The notes: generated from the sequence alone by a model not told the origin. Shown: positions 29,036-38,373, counted from the first letter of the stretch. The stretch: 64,000 nucleotides of DNA from an uncultured Gemmatimonadales bacterium (GCA_963850905.1 CAWKMU010000004.1:192001-256000); one strand, 5' to 3'. A program made the numbers and translations.

Positions 29036-30412
29036 ATGACGACGATCGCGGCACCGCCAATGGTCGCGCCGGCGGCGACTGCCGAGGTACTGCTCGCCGC
29101 CGACGACGTGAAGAAATACTATGGCGACGATCGGTCACCGGTGCTGGAGCATGTGAGCGTCGAGCTGCGCGACGGAGAATTCGTCGCGCTGCTCGGGCCA
29201 TCGGGATCCGGCAAATCCACGCTGCTCCGCATCCTCGCGGGGCTGATGCCGCCATCCGAGGGACGCGTCCTCGTGCGGGGTGCCCCGCTGCGCGGACCGA
29301 ATCCACAGGTCGCGATCGTCTTCCAGAGCTTCGCACTCTTTCCGTGGCTAACGGTGCTCGACAACGTCGAGTTGGGCCTGCTGGCGACACCATTGACTCC
29401 GGAGGAGCGACACACACGCGCGGAGCAGGCGATCGACCTCATCGGACTCGACGGATACGAGGAGGCCTTCCCGAAGGAGCTGTCGGGCGGCATGAAGCAG
29501 CGCGTCGGCTTCGCGCGCGCGCTGGTCGTGCACCCCGAGGTGCTGTTTCTGGATGAGCCCTTCTCGGCGCTCGACGTGCTGACGGCCGAGAATCTCCGGC
29601 AGGAGTTGCAGGAGCTCTGGGAGAAACGGTCGATCCCGACGCGAGCGGTTCTCATCGTCACGCACAATATCGAAGAGGCGGTCACGCTCGCGGATCGCAT
29701 TCTCGTGTTTGGCGCCAATCCTGGTCACATACGCGTCGAGCTACGCGGCTTGCCGGCAGCCGAACGACACGGTCGCAGCGTGGCGCGTACGAATCTGGTC
29801 GAGACGATTTATCAGATCATGACGAATCCCGACCAGGACGCCGCCACGCTGCTCGAGCAGCGAACGCTGGCCGCACAAGCGTCGCCTGCGCGCATCACCG
29901 GCGGCGTGCGCGCGCGTCGCTACCAGACGCTGCCCGACGTCAGTATCGACGACTTCACCGGGTTCGTGCAGTACCTCGCGACCGTTGGCGGCCGCGGCAG
30001 CATTCACGAGTTGGCGCGCGATCTTCAAATGCGCAACGACGATCTGCTGGCGTTGGTCGAGGCAACGGACCTGCTCGGACTCGCTGACCTGCAGAATCGG
30101 CACGTGATCTTGACGCCGGTGGGTCAGCGCTTCGCCGACGCGGATCTCGACCAGGAGAAAGCGCTGTTCCGTTCCCTCGCGCTGGAGCACATCTCGCTCC
30201 TGCGCTATGTCGTGCGCGAGCTCGAAACGAGTCCCACGCACACGCTGGAGAGCGATCGCGTGATCGACGACCTCGAGCATTCGTTCAGCAGCGAAGAGGC
30301 GCGACGTCAGTTCGAGACGGTCGTCGATTGGGGCCGCTATGCCGAGCTCTTCACGTATGACGATACATCCGGCGAACTGCGGCTCGACGAGGAGCACCGC
30401 GTCCAGGAGTAA
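29036..30412 (+). CDS. NitT/TauT-family ABC ATPase with C-terminal AAA-associated domain
   Basis: GPSGSGKST, LSGGMKQR, DEPFSALD, C-terminal DWGRYAELFTYD. Confidence 0.92.
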   Translation: MTTIAAPPMVAPAATAEVLLAADDVKKYYGDDRSPVLEHVSVELRDGEFVALLGPSGSGKSTLLRILAGLMPPSEGRVLVRGAPLRGPNPQVAIVFQSFALFPWLTVLDNVELGLLATPLTPEERHTRAEQAIDLIGLDGYEEAFPKELSGGMKQRVGFARALVVHPEVLFLDEPFSALDVLTAENLRQELQELWEKRSIPTRAVLIVTHNIEEAVTLADRILVFGANPGHIRVELRGLPAAERHGRSVARTNLVETIYQIMTNPDQDAATLLEQRTLAAQASPARITGGVRARRYQTLPDVSIDDFTGFVQYLATVGGRGSIHELARDLQMRNDDLLALVEATDLLGLADLQNRHVILTPVGQRFADADLDQEKALFRSLALEHISLLRYVVRELETSPTHTLESDRVIDDLEHSFSSEEARRQFETVVDWGRYAELFTYDDTSGELRLDEEHRVQE

Positions 30413-30564
30413 TTCCGCGACCGCATGATGAAACACGCGGTCACAACGATTTCGGTGCGCATGTTGCATATGGCGGAGTCCGACCGCGTCAGTTCGGCGG
30501 GCATTCTCTTCGCAGTGCCCCTCGCAGCGTGTTGCTTCCTCGAGGTCGGCCGATACCTACCGCC

Positions 30565-31296
30565 ATGCAGCAGGACGAGAGCTACGGTCTTCGCTGGCTG
30601 TTGCGACAGCGCCTAAAATGGGCGTGTGATGCGTTGCCAGGCGATCGATTCGCAACGGTACTCGAAATTGGGTACGGTGACGGCGTGTTCATGCACGAGC
30701 TCGCCAAACATGCGTCGCAAGTGTACGGCAGCGACGTGCACGCCCGCGGTGCAGACGTTCGCCGTCGCCTCACGTGCGGAGGCGTTATCCCGCATCTGGT
30801 ACGGAATGCCAGCGACGCACTGCCCTTCTGCAACGGCGCCTTCGACGCCGTCGTGATCGTCAGCTCGCTCGAGCGCATGCGCAACCCGGCCGTGGCGCTT
30901 CGCGAGGCCGTGCGCGTGGTTCGGCCCGGTGGGGCTGTCGTGTGCGTCGCCTCGCGAAACTTGCCATGGGCGCGGCGCTTGGCAGCGCTCTTGGGGACGG
31001 TTCCGGACCGTGACGTGCGTGACGGCCGTGTGCGCGTACAAGATGCACTCGCCGATCGCGCCTTGCGCGCCGAGCGTTCCCCGCGCCCGCGCCTCGCACC
31101 CCGATTCCTGGCGCCGTACGAGGTGGTGGTCCTGCGCCGCCTACCGGTACACGCCGGGAGAACGGTCGACGCGAGCGTGCGGATCCCCGTGCACAACGGC
31201 AACGGCACGGATTCCCACTATCGAGAACCCGACTACAGAGCACGCCACGTCGCAGGCGCTCCAGTCGGCCAACGCGACGCCAAGCTGAGCTCCTGA
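30565..31296 (+). CDS. Class I SAM-dependent methyltransferase
   Basis: VLEIGYGDG, LPF..GAFDAV, RVVRPGG. Confidence 0.8.
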   Translation: MQQDESYGLRWLLRQRLKWACDALPGDRFATVLEIGYGDGVFMHELAKHASQVYGSDVHARGADVRRRLTCGGVIPHLVRNASDALPFCNGAFDAVVIVSSLERMRNPAVALREAVRVVRPGGAVVCVASRNLPWARRLAALLGTVPDRDVRDGRVRVQDALADRALRAERSPRPRLAPRFLAPYEVVVLRRLPVHAGRTVDASVRIPVHNGNGTDSHYREPDYRARHVAGAPVGQRDAKLSS

Positions 31297-31321
31297 CGGA
31301 CGATCCCCGAGCGCTGTCCCC

Positions 31322-32644
31322 TCAGCCCTCGCGCCCGGCCGGCACCCCCACGGCGTCGATGGCGGCGGCGAGCCGCGGCAAAACGTCCGCGATCTCTTCC
31401 AGCGATACGGCGCCCGCTGACAGGCGGAACCATCCCGTTTCGCCCTCGACTCCGAACGCCTGGAATGGCACGGCCGCGAACCCTGCCTCCTGCAGCAGAT
31501 ACTTCCGGATCGCCTCGTTGCCATGCAACGTGTCGCCATTCGGCGCGCGCGAGCCCGCGAGCCCGAAGCGAGCGCTCAGGTAGATCGCGCCCGCGGGTGG
31601 AACGGCGTCAACAGGCAGCCCGCGATCTCGCATCGCGATGATGCCGTGGTACAACGCATCGAGACGCGCTTGCAGGCCGTGGGTGATCGTGCGCTTGTAC
31701 TCCACGATGGCTGCCCGCGAGGTCAGCAACGTGGCAGTCGCCACTTGTTCAGGTCGCGGCGCCCACGCTCCGACGTGTCCGATGAAGTCGCTCATGCTGC
31801 GGATGACATCCGTCGGACCCAGTGCCCACCCCACGCGGAGCCCGGTAGCCGCAAACGCCTTGGAAATCGCATCGACGGAGATCGTGTACGGTAGCATCTC
31901 CGGCCGCAGAACGACCGGCGTGACGTGACGGATCCCGCCGAACGTCAGCATCCAGTACACCTGGTCGTACAACAGATACAGCGGGCGTTCGTGCGGACCA
32001 CGCCGCGCGTTTTCCTCGAGGATCAGCTCGCAGATGTCGACCAGCGTGCGTTCGTCGAAGACCGTCCCCGTTGGGTTGAGGGGCGAGTTCACGACGAGCA
32101 GCCGTGCGCCACGGACGAGGGGTTCGAGCATTGCGCGCGTCGGAAGGAAGGCGGTCGCCGCATCGCATACGATCGGCACGCCCTGCGCTCCGACTAACTG
32201 GCAATAGTACGAGTAGTTCCACGACGGCACCGAGAAGAGCACGCGGTCACCGGGATCAACCAGAGTGCGGTATGCGGCATACACGGCCGGGCGCGCGCCG
32301 CTCATGACGAGCGTGCCCTCGAGGGGGTACTCGAGCCCGAGCCAATCGCGGCTGTAGCTCCGAATGGCGTCGCGCAACGAGGGAACGCCATTGCCGGGTG
32401 GATAGTTGGTCTCGCCCGCTCGCAGCGCGTGCTCGATGCCTTCACGCAGCACCGTCGGGACCGGGAATTGACGCGGATCGAAGTCGCCCACCGTCAGGTT
32501 GCAAACTTTGCGGCCTTGTCCGACGAGCGTTCGCACCTCGCCCGCGATCTTGAGGATCGCGGAGCCGAGCATCCCGTCGGCCATCGCCGACACGCGCCGC
32601 GCACTGGTCCGCTCAGTGGCCGGAGACCGTCCAGCAGAAGACAT
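31322..32644 (-). CDS. PLP-dependent aminotransferase class I/II
   Basis: NLTVGDF, NSPLNPTG, YDQVY, SKAFAATGLRVGW. Confidence 0.92.
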   Translation of the reverse strand: MSSAGRSPATERTSARRVSAMADGMLGSAILKIAGEVRTLVGQGRKVCNLTVGDFDPRQFPVPTVLREGIEHALRAGETNYPPGNGVPSLRDAIRSYSRDWLGLEYPLEGTLVMSGARPAVYAAYRTLVDPGDRVLFSVPSWNYSYYCQLVGAQGVPIVCDAATAFLPTRAMLEPLVRGARLLVVNSPLNPTGTVFDERTLVDICELILEENARRGPHERPLYLLYDQVYWMLTFGGIRHVTPVVLRPEMLPYTISVDAISKAFAATGLRVGWALGPTDVIRSMSDFIGHVGAWAPRPEQVATATLLTSRAAIVEYKRTITHGLQARLDALYHGIIAMRDRGLPVDAVPPAGAIYLSARFGLAGSRAPNGDTLHGNEAIRKYLLQEAGFAAVPFQAFGVEGETGWFRLSAGAVSLEEIADVLPRLAAAIDAVGVPAGREG

Positions 32645-32806
32645 TGGAGAACGGGGTTAGAGATTAGAGGTGAGCAACACCGAGCGGCCACAACGCAACA
32701 CGGCCACGCAGGCCCGTGTGTGACGCGGTCGCGGCGGCATTGCATCGCCCGTTGTGGTCGGCAGCCAATCGGCTGGCCGACGGATCAAGCTGACAAATCT
32801 GCTGCA

Positions 32807-33559
32807 TCACTGCATCACTCTGATGCGAATATTGCGGAGCTCGAGTGATCCCGCGTGATCGCCCTGGATGCCGATGTAACCACGCGGCGCGCGCCCGTAG
32901 TTCGGCCACGCGGCGAACTTGCTTTGTTTCACGCGCGCCGCCCAGTCAGGACTCTCGAGGTCGTATGCCAGCAGCTTCTGGCCATTCATCCAGTGTTCCA
33001 CGTGCATCCCGCACACGATGATGCGCGTCGAGTTCCACTGGTTTGCAGACTTCACGATGCCCGCCGGCGCCGGGTACAAGGCATAGTCCGCACCCGCTGC
33101 CGTCAGTCGGCTGCGGCCGTCCGGAGCGAGCGAGTCATCCAGGAGTTGGTACTCGGGGGCACTCCAATAAATGTGATCGTACTCCTCCGTCCCTCGATAG
33201 AAGATGCCGGAGTTGCCACCGGGGGCGATTTTCCAATCGATCTCGAGCTCGAAATCACCAAACTGCTCGGTCGTCACGATGTCCTGGGTCTGCGCCTCTT
33301 TGTGCAGCGTGCCCCCACTGACGCTCCACCCAGCCGGCATCGTAGATGCGCGATACCCGCGCCAGCCCGTCGTTGTTCGGCCATCAAACAGCGTGCGCCA
33401 GGCACCCGAGGTGTCGCCAGGCGAGCACGCCCGGAACGTCGGGGCGCCGTTACTCGCCGCCGGACGACGCCCTGCAGCGAGGAGACCGGCCGCCGCACAT
33501 GCAACCGTCGTCGAAACCAACGCCCGGCGAGCGACGATCCACGGCGCGCTCGTGACCAC
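32807..33559 (-). CDS. DUF1080 (3-keto-glycoside hydratase-like) exported protein
   Basis: WRTLFDG, GGNSGIFY, EYQLLD, WN.TRI, VEHWMNG, IGIQGDH; AGGAG RBS. Confidence 0.88.
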   Translation of the reverse strand: MVTSAPWIVARRALVSTTVACAAAGLLAAGRRPAASNGAPTFRACSPGDTSGAWRTLFDGRTTTGWRGYRASTMPAGWSVSGGTLHKEAQTQDIVTTEQFGDFELEIDWKIAPGGNSGIFYRGTEEYDHIYWSAPEYQLLDDSLAPDGRSRLTAAGADYALYPAPAGIVKSANQWNSTRIIVCGMHVEHWMNGQKLLAYDLESPDWAARVKQSKFAAWPNYGRAPRGYIGIQGDHAGSLELRNIRIRVMQ

Positions 33560-33588
33560 GCGATCTCCTGTTGGTAGCCGTTCGGACC

Positions 33589-35145
33589 TCAAATGGCCCA
33601 TCCCGCGCGGTACGGCCGCGAGAGGTACTGATTGGCCTCTGGGAAGTTCGTGACGCGCATGGCGGCGCCGTCGTAGTCGATGCGCTGCCCTTGCCCCGTG
33701 CGCAGCGCGACGACGCCCAGCAGCATCGTCTCGGTGAGTTGTGCCGCGTATTCGATCGGTGAGCTCGCCTGCGCCTGCCCCTTGCACGCCTTGGCCCAGT
33801 TCAATTCGTGGGACCAGGTGATGCGGGGGATGCGCTGGGGCACGGCGAGCGCGCGCTCCAGCAACGACGCGGGGAACAGTCGAGGATTGGCGCCGTAGGT
33901 GTCGTTCATGAGGACACCCTTTTCGCCGACGAAGATCACGCCACCTTCGCTCGTGAGTGGGACGTCGTCTGGGAGGACGTCCGGTCGCCGCGGAAAGAGC
34001 CCTCCGTCGTACCAGCTCAAACGCACCGGCGGTTCTGAGCCCCGCGCGGGGAACGTGTAATGCACCGTCGTCGCCGCGGGGTACGATACCGGACGGCGAC
34101 GTGGCGCTACCGCCGGCGGTGTCGCTGTCGACGCGTACTCGACTGGTACCGGCACGGTCCCCCACGGCGTGGAGGTAGCCTCGATACTCGTCGGATAGGT
34201 CAGCCCGAGCGCCCAGAAAGGCTGGTCGATCAAGTGCGCGCCCATGTCTCCCAGCGCGCCGACTCCGAAGTCGATCCAGCCCCGCCAGTTGAACGGGTGG
34301 TAGATCGGATGGTACGGGACGTCGGTCGCGACCGGCCCCAGATAGAGATCCCATCGAAGGCCGGGCGGCGGCGTTGTACCGCTGCCCATCGCGACGGCCA
34401 GGACATCGTTGACGTGCTGCGTGGTCCACGGATTGTCGAATGGACTCGTGGCCTCGCTCGGCAGCGGGCCGCCGCTCGGACGGGGAATCCCCTGCGGCCA
34501 GTAGACGAGCGGGCGGTTCGTCCACACATGCACTTCCCGCACGGCGCCAATGATTCCGGCTTGCACCCACTCATTGATGAGTCGAGCGCCCTCGCTCGAG
34601 TGACCCTGGTTCCCCATCTGAGTGACGAGCTTCGGATTCGCGAGAGCCGTCGCGCGCAGCACGCGCGCCTCGTGCACGGAGTAGGTCAACGGCTTCTGGA
34701 CGTACACATGCTTGCCAAGGTCCATGGCTGCCTTGGCGGCAACCGCGTGCACGTGGTCGGGGGTCGCGATGACGACGGCATCGATGTCCTTCTGGCGGTC
34801 GAGCATCGCGCGAAAATCATCGTACCGTGCGGCCTTGGCGAACTGGTCCTGCAGCCTCTGCCCGTCGGCGAGCACGGTGTCGTCTCGGTCGCGCAGATGC
34901 TCAGCCATCTTGTGTTCGGCGTAGGCAAAGTCCACGTCGCAGATCGCGACAATGTTCTCAGTCTGCGCCAGCACACGCGCGTTGCTCGACCCCATTCCCC
35001 CGAATCCGACGATCGCGATGTTCAGGGTGTCGCTGGGCGCCTGGTAACCGACGCCACCGAGCACTCGGCGCGGCACGATCATGGCCCCTATCGCCAGCTT
35101 GCTGGCGTCGCTCACAAATTCCCGCCGACTGACGTCGTGCGTCAT
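33589..35145 (-). CDS. Gfo/Idh/MocA oxidoreductase with Tat signal
   Basis: [43 protein letters not shown]. Confidence 0.92.
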   Translation of the reverse strand: MTHDVSRREFVSDASKLAIGAMIVPRRVLGGVGYQAPSDTLNIAIVGFGGMGSSNARVLAQTENIVAICDVDFAYAEHKMAEHLRDRDDTVLADGQRLQDQFAKAARYDDFRAMLDRQKDIDAVVIATPDHVHAVAAKAAMDLGKHVYVQKPLTYSVHEARVLRATALANPKLVTQMGNQGHSSEGARLINEWVQAGIIGAVREVHVWTNRPLVYWPQGIPRPSGGPLPSEATSPFDNPWTTQHVNDVLAVAMGSGTTPPPGLRWDLYLGPVATDVPYHPIYHPFNWRGWIDFGVGALGDMGAHLIDQPFWALGLTYPTSIEATSTPWGTVPVPVEYASTATPPAVAPRRRPVSYPAATTVHYTFPARGSEPPVRLSWYDGGLFPRRPDVLPDDVPLTSEGGVIFVGEKGVLMNDTYGANPRLFPASLLERALAVPQRIPRITWSHELNWAKACKGQAQASSPIEYAAQLTETMLLGVVALRTGQGQRIDYDGAAMRVTNFPEANQYLSRPYRAGWAI

Positions 35146-35281
35146 GGCATTCGACCTCCGGCAAGAGGGAGCCCCTTCGCGCGATGCAAATGTACCGTCG
35201 GGAGTTTGAGGGCGTTACTGCTGCACGCGGCAGCGGGCGGCGCGGTCGAGCAGCGCGGGCGCGATCTCGAGACCGGCGAAC

Positions 35282-35315
35282 AAAAAAATCGCGCCGACGT
35301 GAAAACTCGGCGCGA
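35282..35315 (-). terminator. Rho-independent terminator downstream of tRNA-Gly
   Basis: Minus strand TCGCGCCGA-9 nt-TCGGCGCGA-T7. Confidence 0.85.
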
Positions 35316-35350
35316 CCGGTCCGGGTGCGCGGGACGGTACCTTGACTCAG

Positions 35351-35423
<73 letters not shown>

Positions 35424-35587
35424 AAGAACAACCGAACTGCGGTGGAATGACTCGACCGATCGGCACTCGGCGCGTTCGACGAGACGGTGCCCAGCCCCCT
35501 CCCAGCGCTCTGCAATGTGGGCCGCCTCGAGGCACCGGGTCAAGTCCGCTGGCGGACAACCAGCCCGGCGTCCCGTGGCTGGCGTGC

Positions 35588-35668
35588 GAGCGCCTAGCGG
35601 CTAGTGTTGAGGTCCAACGGCCAGCGTCTAGCGTCCAGTGTCTAGCGTTCAGCGCCTAGCGTCTAGCC
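35588..35668 (+). repeat. Degenerate heptamer array (CGTCTAG / CGTCCAG family)
   Basis: cgcctag cggctag tgttgag gtccaa cggccag cgtctag cgtccag tgtctag cgttcag cgcctag cgtctag. Confidence 0.8.
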
Positions 35669-35841
35669 ATACGTATCGGGCGATACGCCAGCGACGTATG
35701 GGGCCAATACATCCAGGCCGCCACGGACGGGGACAGCCCCGTCACGTCGTGATAGGCGAACGACTCCTCTTGTCTCCCCAAACCGCGGGCATCGGCATAA
35801 CGTCCGCCCGTGACGTCGAGACCCGCGTAACGTCTTTCTTA

Positions 35842-35870
35842 TTGACGAGATACATGGGTTTGCATATAGT
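35842..35870 (+). promoter_or_regulatory. Near-consensus sigma70 promoter of the Pal/OmpA gene
   Basis: TTGACG-17 nt-TATAGT. Confidence 0.75.
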
Positions 35871-35991
35871 TGTCACGCCACCATTTATTAGCCCCGACCG
35901 CGCACTGGCTCGGCCGGGCCGTAGACACTGCGCGGCCGGGGCTCTCGTCACCGGCCCTGTCTCCATTTCTCTCTCACAAGGATCGCCCGTC

Positions 35992-36570
35992 ATGTCCCGC
36001 TTCCTCGTTCACCGCGTGCAAGACGTCCCCGCGGCTGCGCTGGGACTCGTGGTGATGGCTGCCGTCTCGGGCTGCCACCACCCGCCGCCGCCCGCTCCCG
36101 CGCCGCAACCCGTCGCGTCCGCCCCCGCACCGCAGCAGCAGGCCGCGCCGACCCCGGTCACCCCTGTCTCCGATGACGGCGCGGCGCGCCGCGCAGCGGA
36201 GGCGGCCCGCAGCACGCTCCTGCAGATGACGTTCTTCGAGTTCGACAAGTCGGAGCTCACCGACCAGGGCCGCGCCATCCTCGACGCGAAGATCCCGATC
36301 CTCCAGATGAACCCCTCACTCCACATCCGGATCGATGGGAACTGCGATGATCGCGGCTCCGACGAGTACAACATGGCCCTCGGCCAGCGTCGGGCAGCAA
36401 TCGCCAAGCGCTACCTCACCGACCACGGCGTCGACGCCTCGCGTATCGACATCATTAGCTACGGCAAGGAGCGCCCGTTCGCCCAGGGCAACGACGAATC
36501 TGCCTGGGCCAAGAACCGGAACGATCAGTTCGAGATCGTGGGCGGACCGCAGGAGCTGAAGACCAGCTGA
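35992..36570 (+). CDS. Pal-like OmpA-domain lipoprotein
   Basis: Lipobox VSGC, FEFDKS, GNCDDRGSDEYNMALGQRRA, ISYGKERP, KNR. Confidence 0.9.
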   Translation: MSRFLVHRVQDVPAAALGLVVMAAVSGCHHPPPPAPAPQPVASAPAPQQQAAPTPVTPVSDDGAARRAAEAARSTLLQMTFFEFDKSELTDQGRAILDAKIPILQMNPSLHIRIDGNCDDRGSDEYNMALGQRRAAIAKRYLTDHGVDASRIDIISYGKERPFAQGNDESAWAKNRNDQFEIVGGPQELKTS

Positions 36571-36576
36571 GAACTG

Positions 36577-36706
36577 CAGGGACCAGGGGTCAGGTTCCAG
36601 GGGTCAGGAACAAACTCAAAGGCCAGTCACGGTCCGCCGCGACTGGCCTTTGAGTTTGTTCGCTGTTCGCCGGTCCCCTGGTCCTTGACCCCTGGTCCCT
36701 GACCCC
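36577..36706. terminator. 21-bp perfect hairpin (36608-36661) flanked by mutually inverted heptamer arrays; probable bidirectional terminator
   Basis: GAACAAACTCAAAGGCCAGTC / GACTGGCCTTTGAGTTTGTTC; CAGGGAC and CAGGGGT units on the left, GTCCCTG and ACCCCTG units on the right. Confidence 0.8.
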
Positions 36707-36725
36707 AGCCGTTCCCGCTTCCCCA

Positions 36726-36797
36726 AGCCACAGGTCGGGATTGAACCGACGACCGCCCGATTACGAATCGGGTGCTCTACCACTGAGCTACTGTGGC
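36726..36797 (-). tRNA. tRNA-Thr(CGT)
   Basis: GCCACAG acceptor, CCCGA-TTCGTAA-TCGGG. Confidence 0.95.
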
Positions 36798-36870
36798 GCA
36801 GACCGCAGCACTGACCACGTAGCGCGGACGGTCGACCGCGAGGTGTCGTAACGGTGCTGCCTACCTACCA

Positions 36871-36952
36871 TGCCCTGGCGCGGACTCGAACCGCGACGCC
36901 TTGCGGCACCACCCCCTCAAGATGGCGTGTCTACCAATTTCACCACCAGGGC
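36871..36952 (-). tRNA. tRNA-Leu(GAG)
   Basis: GCCCTGG acceptor, CCATC-TTGAGGG-GGTGG, variable arm GCC-GCAA-GGC. Confidence 0.95.
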
Positions 36953-37025
36953 GACGGGCGCTCACGCGCCCGAAAAAATAGAACTACAGAAAATTGAAAG
37001 TCGATAAATCACTCAACAACCCGAG

Positions 37026-37099
37026 CGGGACTGACGGGGCTCGAACCCGCGACCTCCGGTGTGACAGACCGGCACTCTAACCAGCTGAGCTACAGTCCC
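37026..37099 (-). tRNA. tRNA-Asp(GTC)
   Basis: GGGACTG acceptor, CCGGT-CTGTCAC-ACCGG. Confidence 0.95.
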
Positions 37100-37180
37100 T
37101 TTTTTTCGCCGCGCGGCGGCTCCTCCACTCCCTCCATACTACACGCTGCACTCGCCCATCACCCAGCCGTCACCCGACCA

Positions 37181-37252
37181 TAGCCCCAACGGGAGTCGAA
37201 CCCGTCTCTCCACCTTGAAAGGGTGACGTCCTGACCGATAGACGATGGGGCC
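37181..37252 (-). tRNA. tRNA-Glu(TTC)
   Basis: GGCCCCATCGTCTA start, TCACC-CTTTCAA-GGTGG. Confidence 0.95.
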
Positions 37253-37288
37253 GTGCACCTCCGGCCTCTCCTCCTACGCCGACCTTCA

Positions 37289-37361
37289 TAGCGGTAACGG
37301 GATTCGAACCCGTGTTTGAGCCTTGAGAGGGCTCCGTCCTAGTCCCCTAGACGATACCGCC
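37289..37361 (-). tRNA. tRNA-Glu(CTC)
   Basis: GGCGGTATCGTCTA start, GAGCC-CTCTCAA-GGCTC. Confidence 0.95.
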
Positions 37362-37380
37362 GGCGGCCGCTCACGCGGCC

Positions 37381-37527
37381 GAGAAAGTAGAAGTTCTGAA
37401 AGTAGAAAGTAGACGAAAAAACTCGGCATGGCACCACTGTCTGCCCAAGATCTCCCATCTCCCCGACTCGCAACCTCTCCCCTCTCCTTTCACGTCTACT
37501 TTCTACTTTCTGCTTTTCTACTTTCTT
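37381..37527. repeat. Inverted heptamer arrays (AGTAGAA / TTCTACT) in the tRNA-Trp/Glu spacer
   Basis: GAAAGTAGAAAGTAGACG on the left, CGTCTACTTTCTACTTTC on the right (18-bp perfect complement). Confidence 0.85.
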
Positions 37528-37541
37528 GTGCGCGCAGCGCA

Positions 37542-37614
37542 CAGGCCCGGAGGGACTCGAACCCCCAACCGCTGGTTTTGGAGACCAGTGCTCTACCAAT
37601 TGAGCTACGGACCT
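37542..37614 (-). tRNA. tRNA-Trp(CCA)
   Basis: AGGTCCG acceptor, CTGGT-CTCCAAA-ACCAG. Confidence 0.95.
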
Positions 37615-37640
37615 ATCGAATCGCGTTCAGACTCGATCAG

Positions 37641-37715
37641 GGTGACTGATGGGAATTGAACCCACAACCCCCGGAGCCACAGTCCGGTGCTCTAACCAAT
37701 TGAGCTACAGTCACC
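37641..37715 (-). tRNA. tRNA-His(GTG), with G-1
   Basis: GGTGACTG/CAGTCACC acceptor, CCGGA-CTGTGGC-TCCGG. Confidence 0.95.
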
Positions 37716-37807
37716 ATTACCCCGCGCCATGCGGGCCGCCCCGCCCCAACCAACCCATCTCTAATTTGGCTTTTTCCGCGAGGCAAACACACCGCTGCTC
37801 CGGGTCG

Positions 37808-38373
37808 TTACTTCGCTCGGTCGACGTACTCGCCAGTCTGCGGGTTCACCCGCACGCGCTCACCCGTGCTCACGAACTCCGGCACGTTGATCGTGACGCC
37901 ATTCTCCAGCTTCGCCGGCTTGGTCGATGCCGTCTTGGTCGCCGTCTTCATGACCGGCGCCGTGTCGACGATCTCGAGCGTCAGCGAGTTGCGGCAGCTG
38001 GATCCCGATCGGCCGGCCGTCGTAATACTCGGCCTGGATCTGCATCCCGGGCTGCATCCACTGCGCGCTGTCGCCCAAGCATCTCCTCGTCCATCTCGAG
38101 CTGGTCGTAGTTCTCCGTATTCATGAAGTGGTAGGTGTCACCACCCTTGTACAGGAACTCGAGGTCGTGCGTCTCCATGGACGCGCGCTCGACTGAGTCG
38201 GCCGCGCGAAAGCGATGCTCGAAGCTGGACCCGCTCCGCAGGTTCTTGAGCTTCGCCTGCACCATCGCCCGGAGATTCCCGGGCGTGTGATGCCGAAATT
38301 CGAGCACGCGACACGGCTCGCCCTCGAAGACCAGCACCATTCCTCGCCGGATTTGCGTCGCCGGCATGGCCAT
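37808..38373 (-). CDS. efp: Elongation factor P, PGN-type loop; two apparent +1 frameshifts (about 38076 and 37991)
   Basis: IRRGM, HTPGNLRAMVQAKLKNL, FMNTENYDQ; next frame YDGRPIGIQLP; final frame TKPAKLENG...VPEFV..GERVRVNPQTGEYVDRAK. Confidence 0.92.

Noticed and set aside
32807..34570. 587-aa DUF1080 fusion protein
   Set aside because: The N-terminal part is an alternate frame of the Gfo/Idh/MocA gene; the RBS-supported start is at 33559.
36955..36978. Hairpin between tRNA-Asp and tRNA-Leu as a terminator
   Set aside because: The T tract precedes the stem on the transcribed strand.
36726..37715. tRNA genes as integration sites of an island or prophage
   Set aside because: No integrase and no duplicated tRNA 3' end noticed in the window.
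37808..38373. Programmed frameshifting or pseudogenisation of efp
   Set aside because: No slippery site, and the same +1 pattern recurs in unrelated genes.
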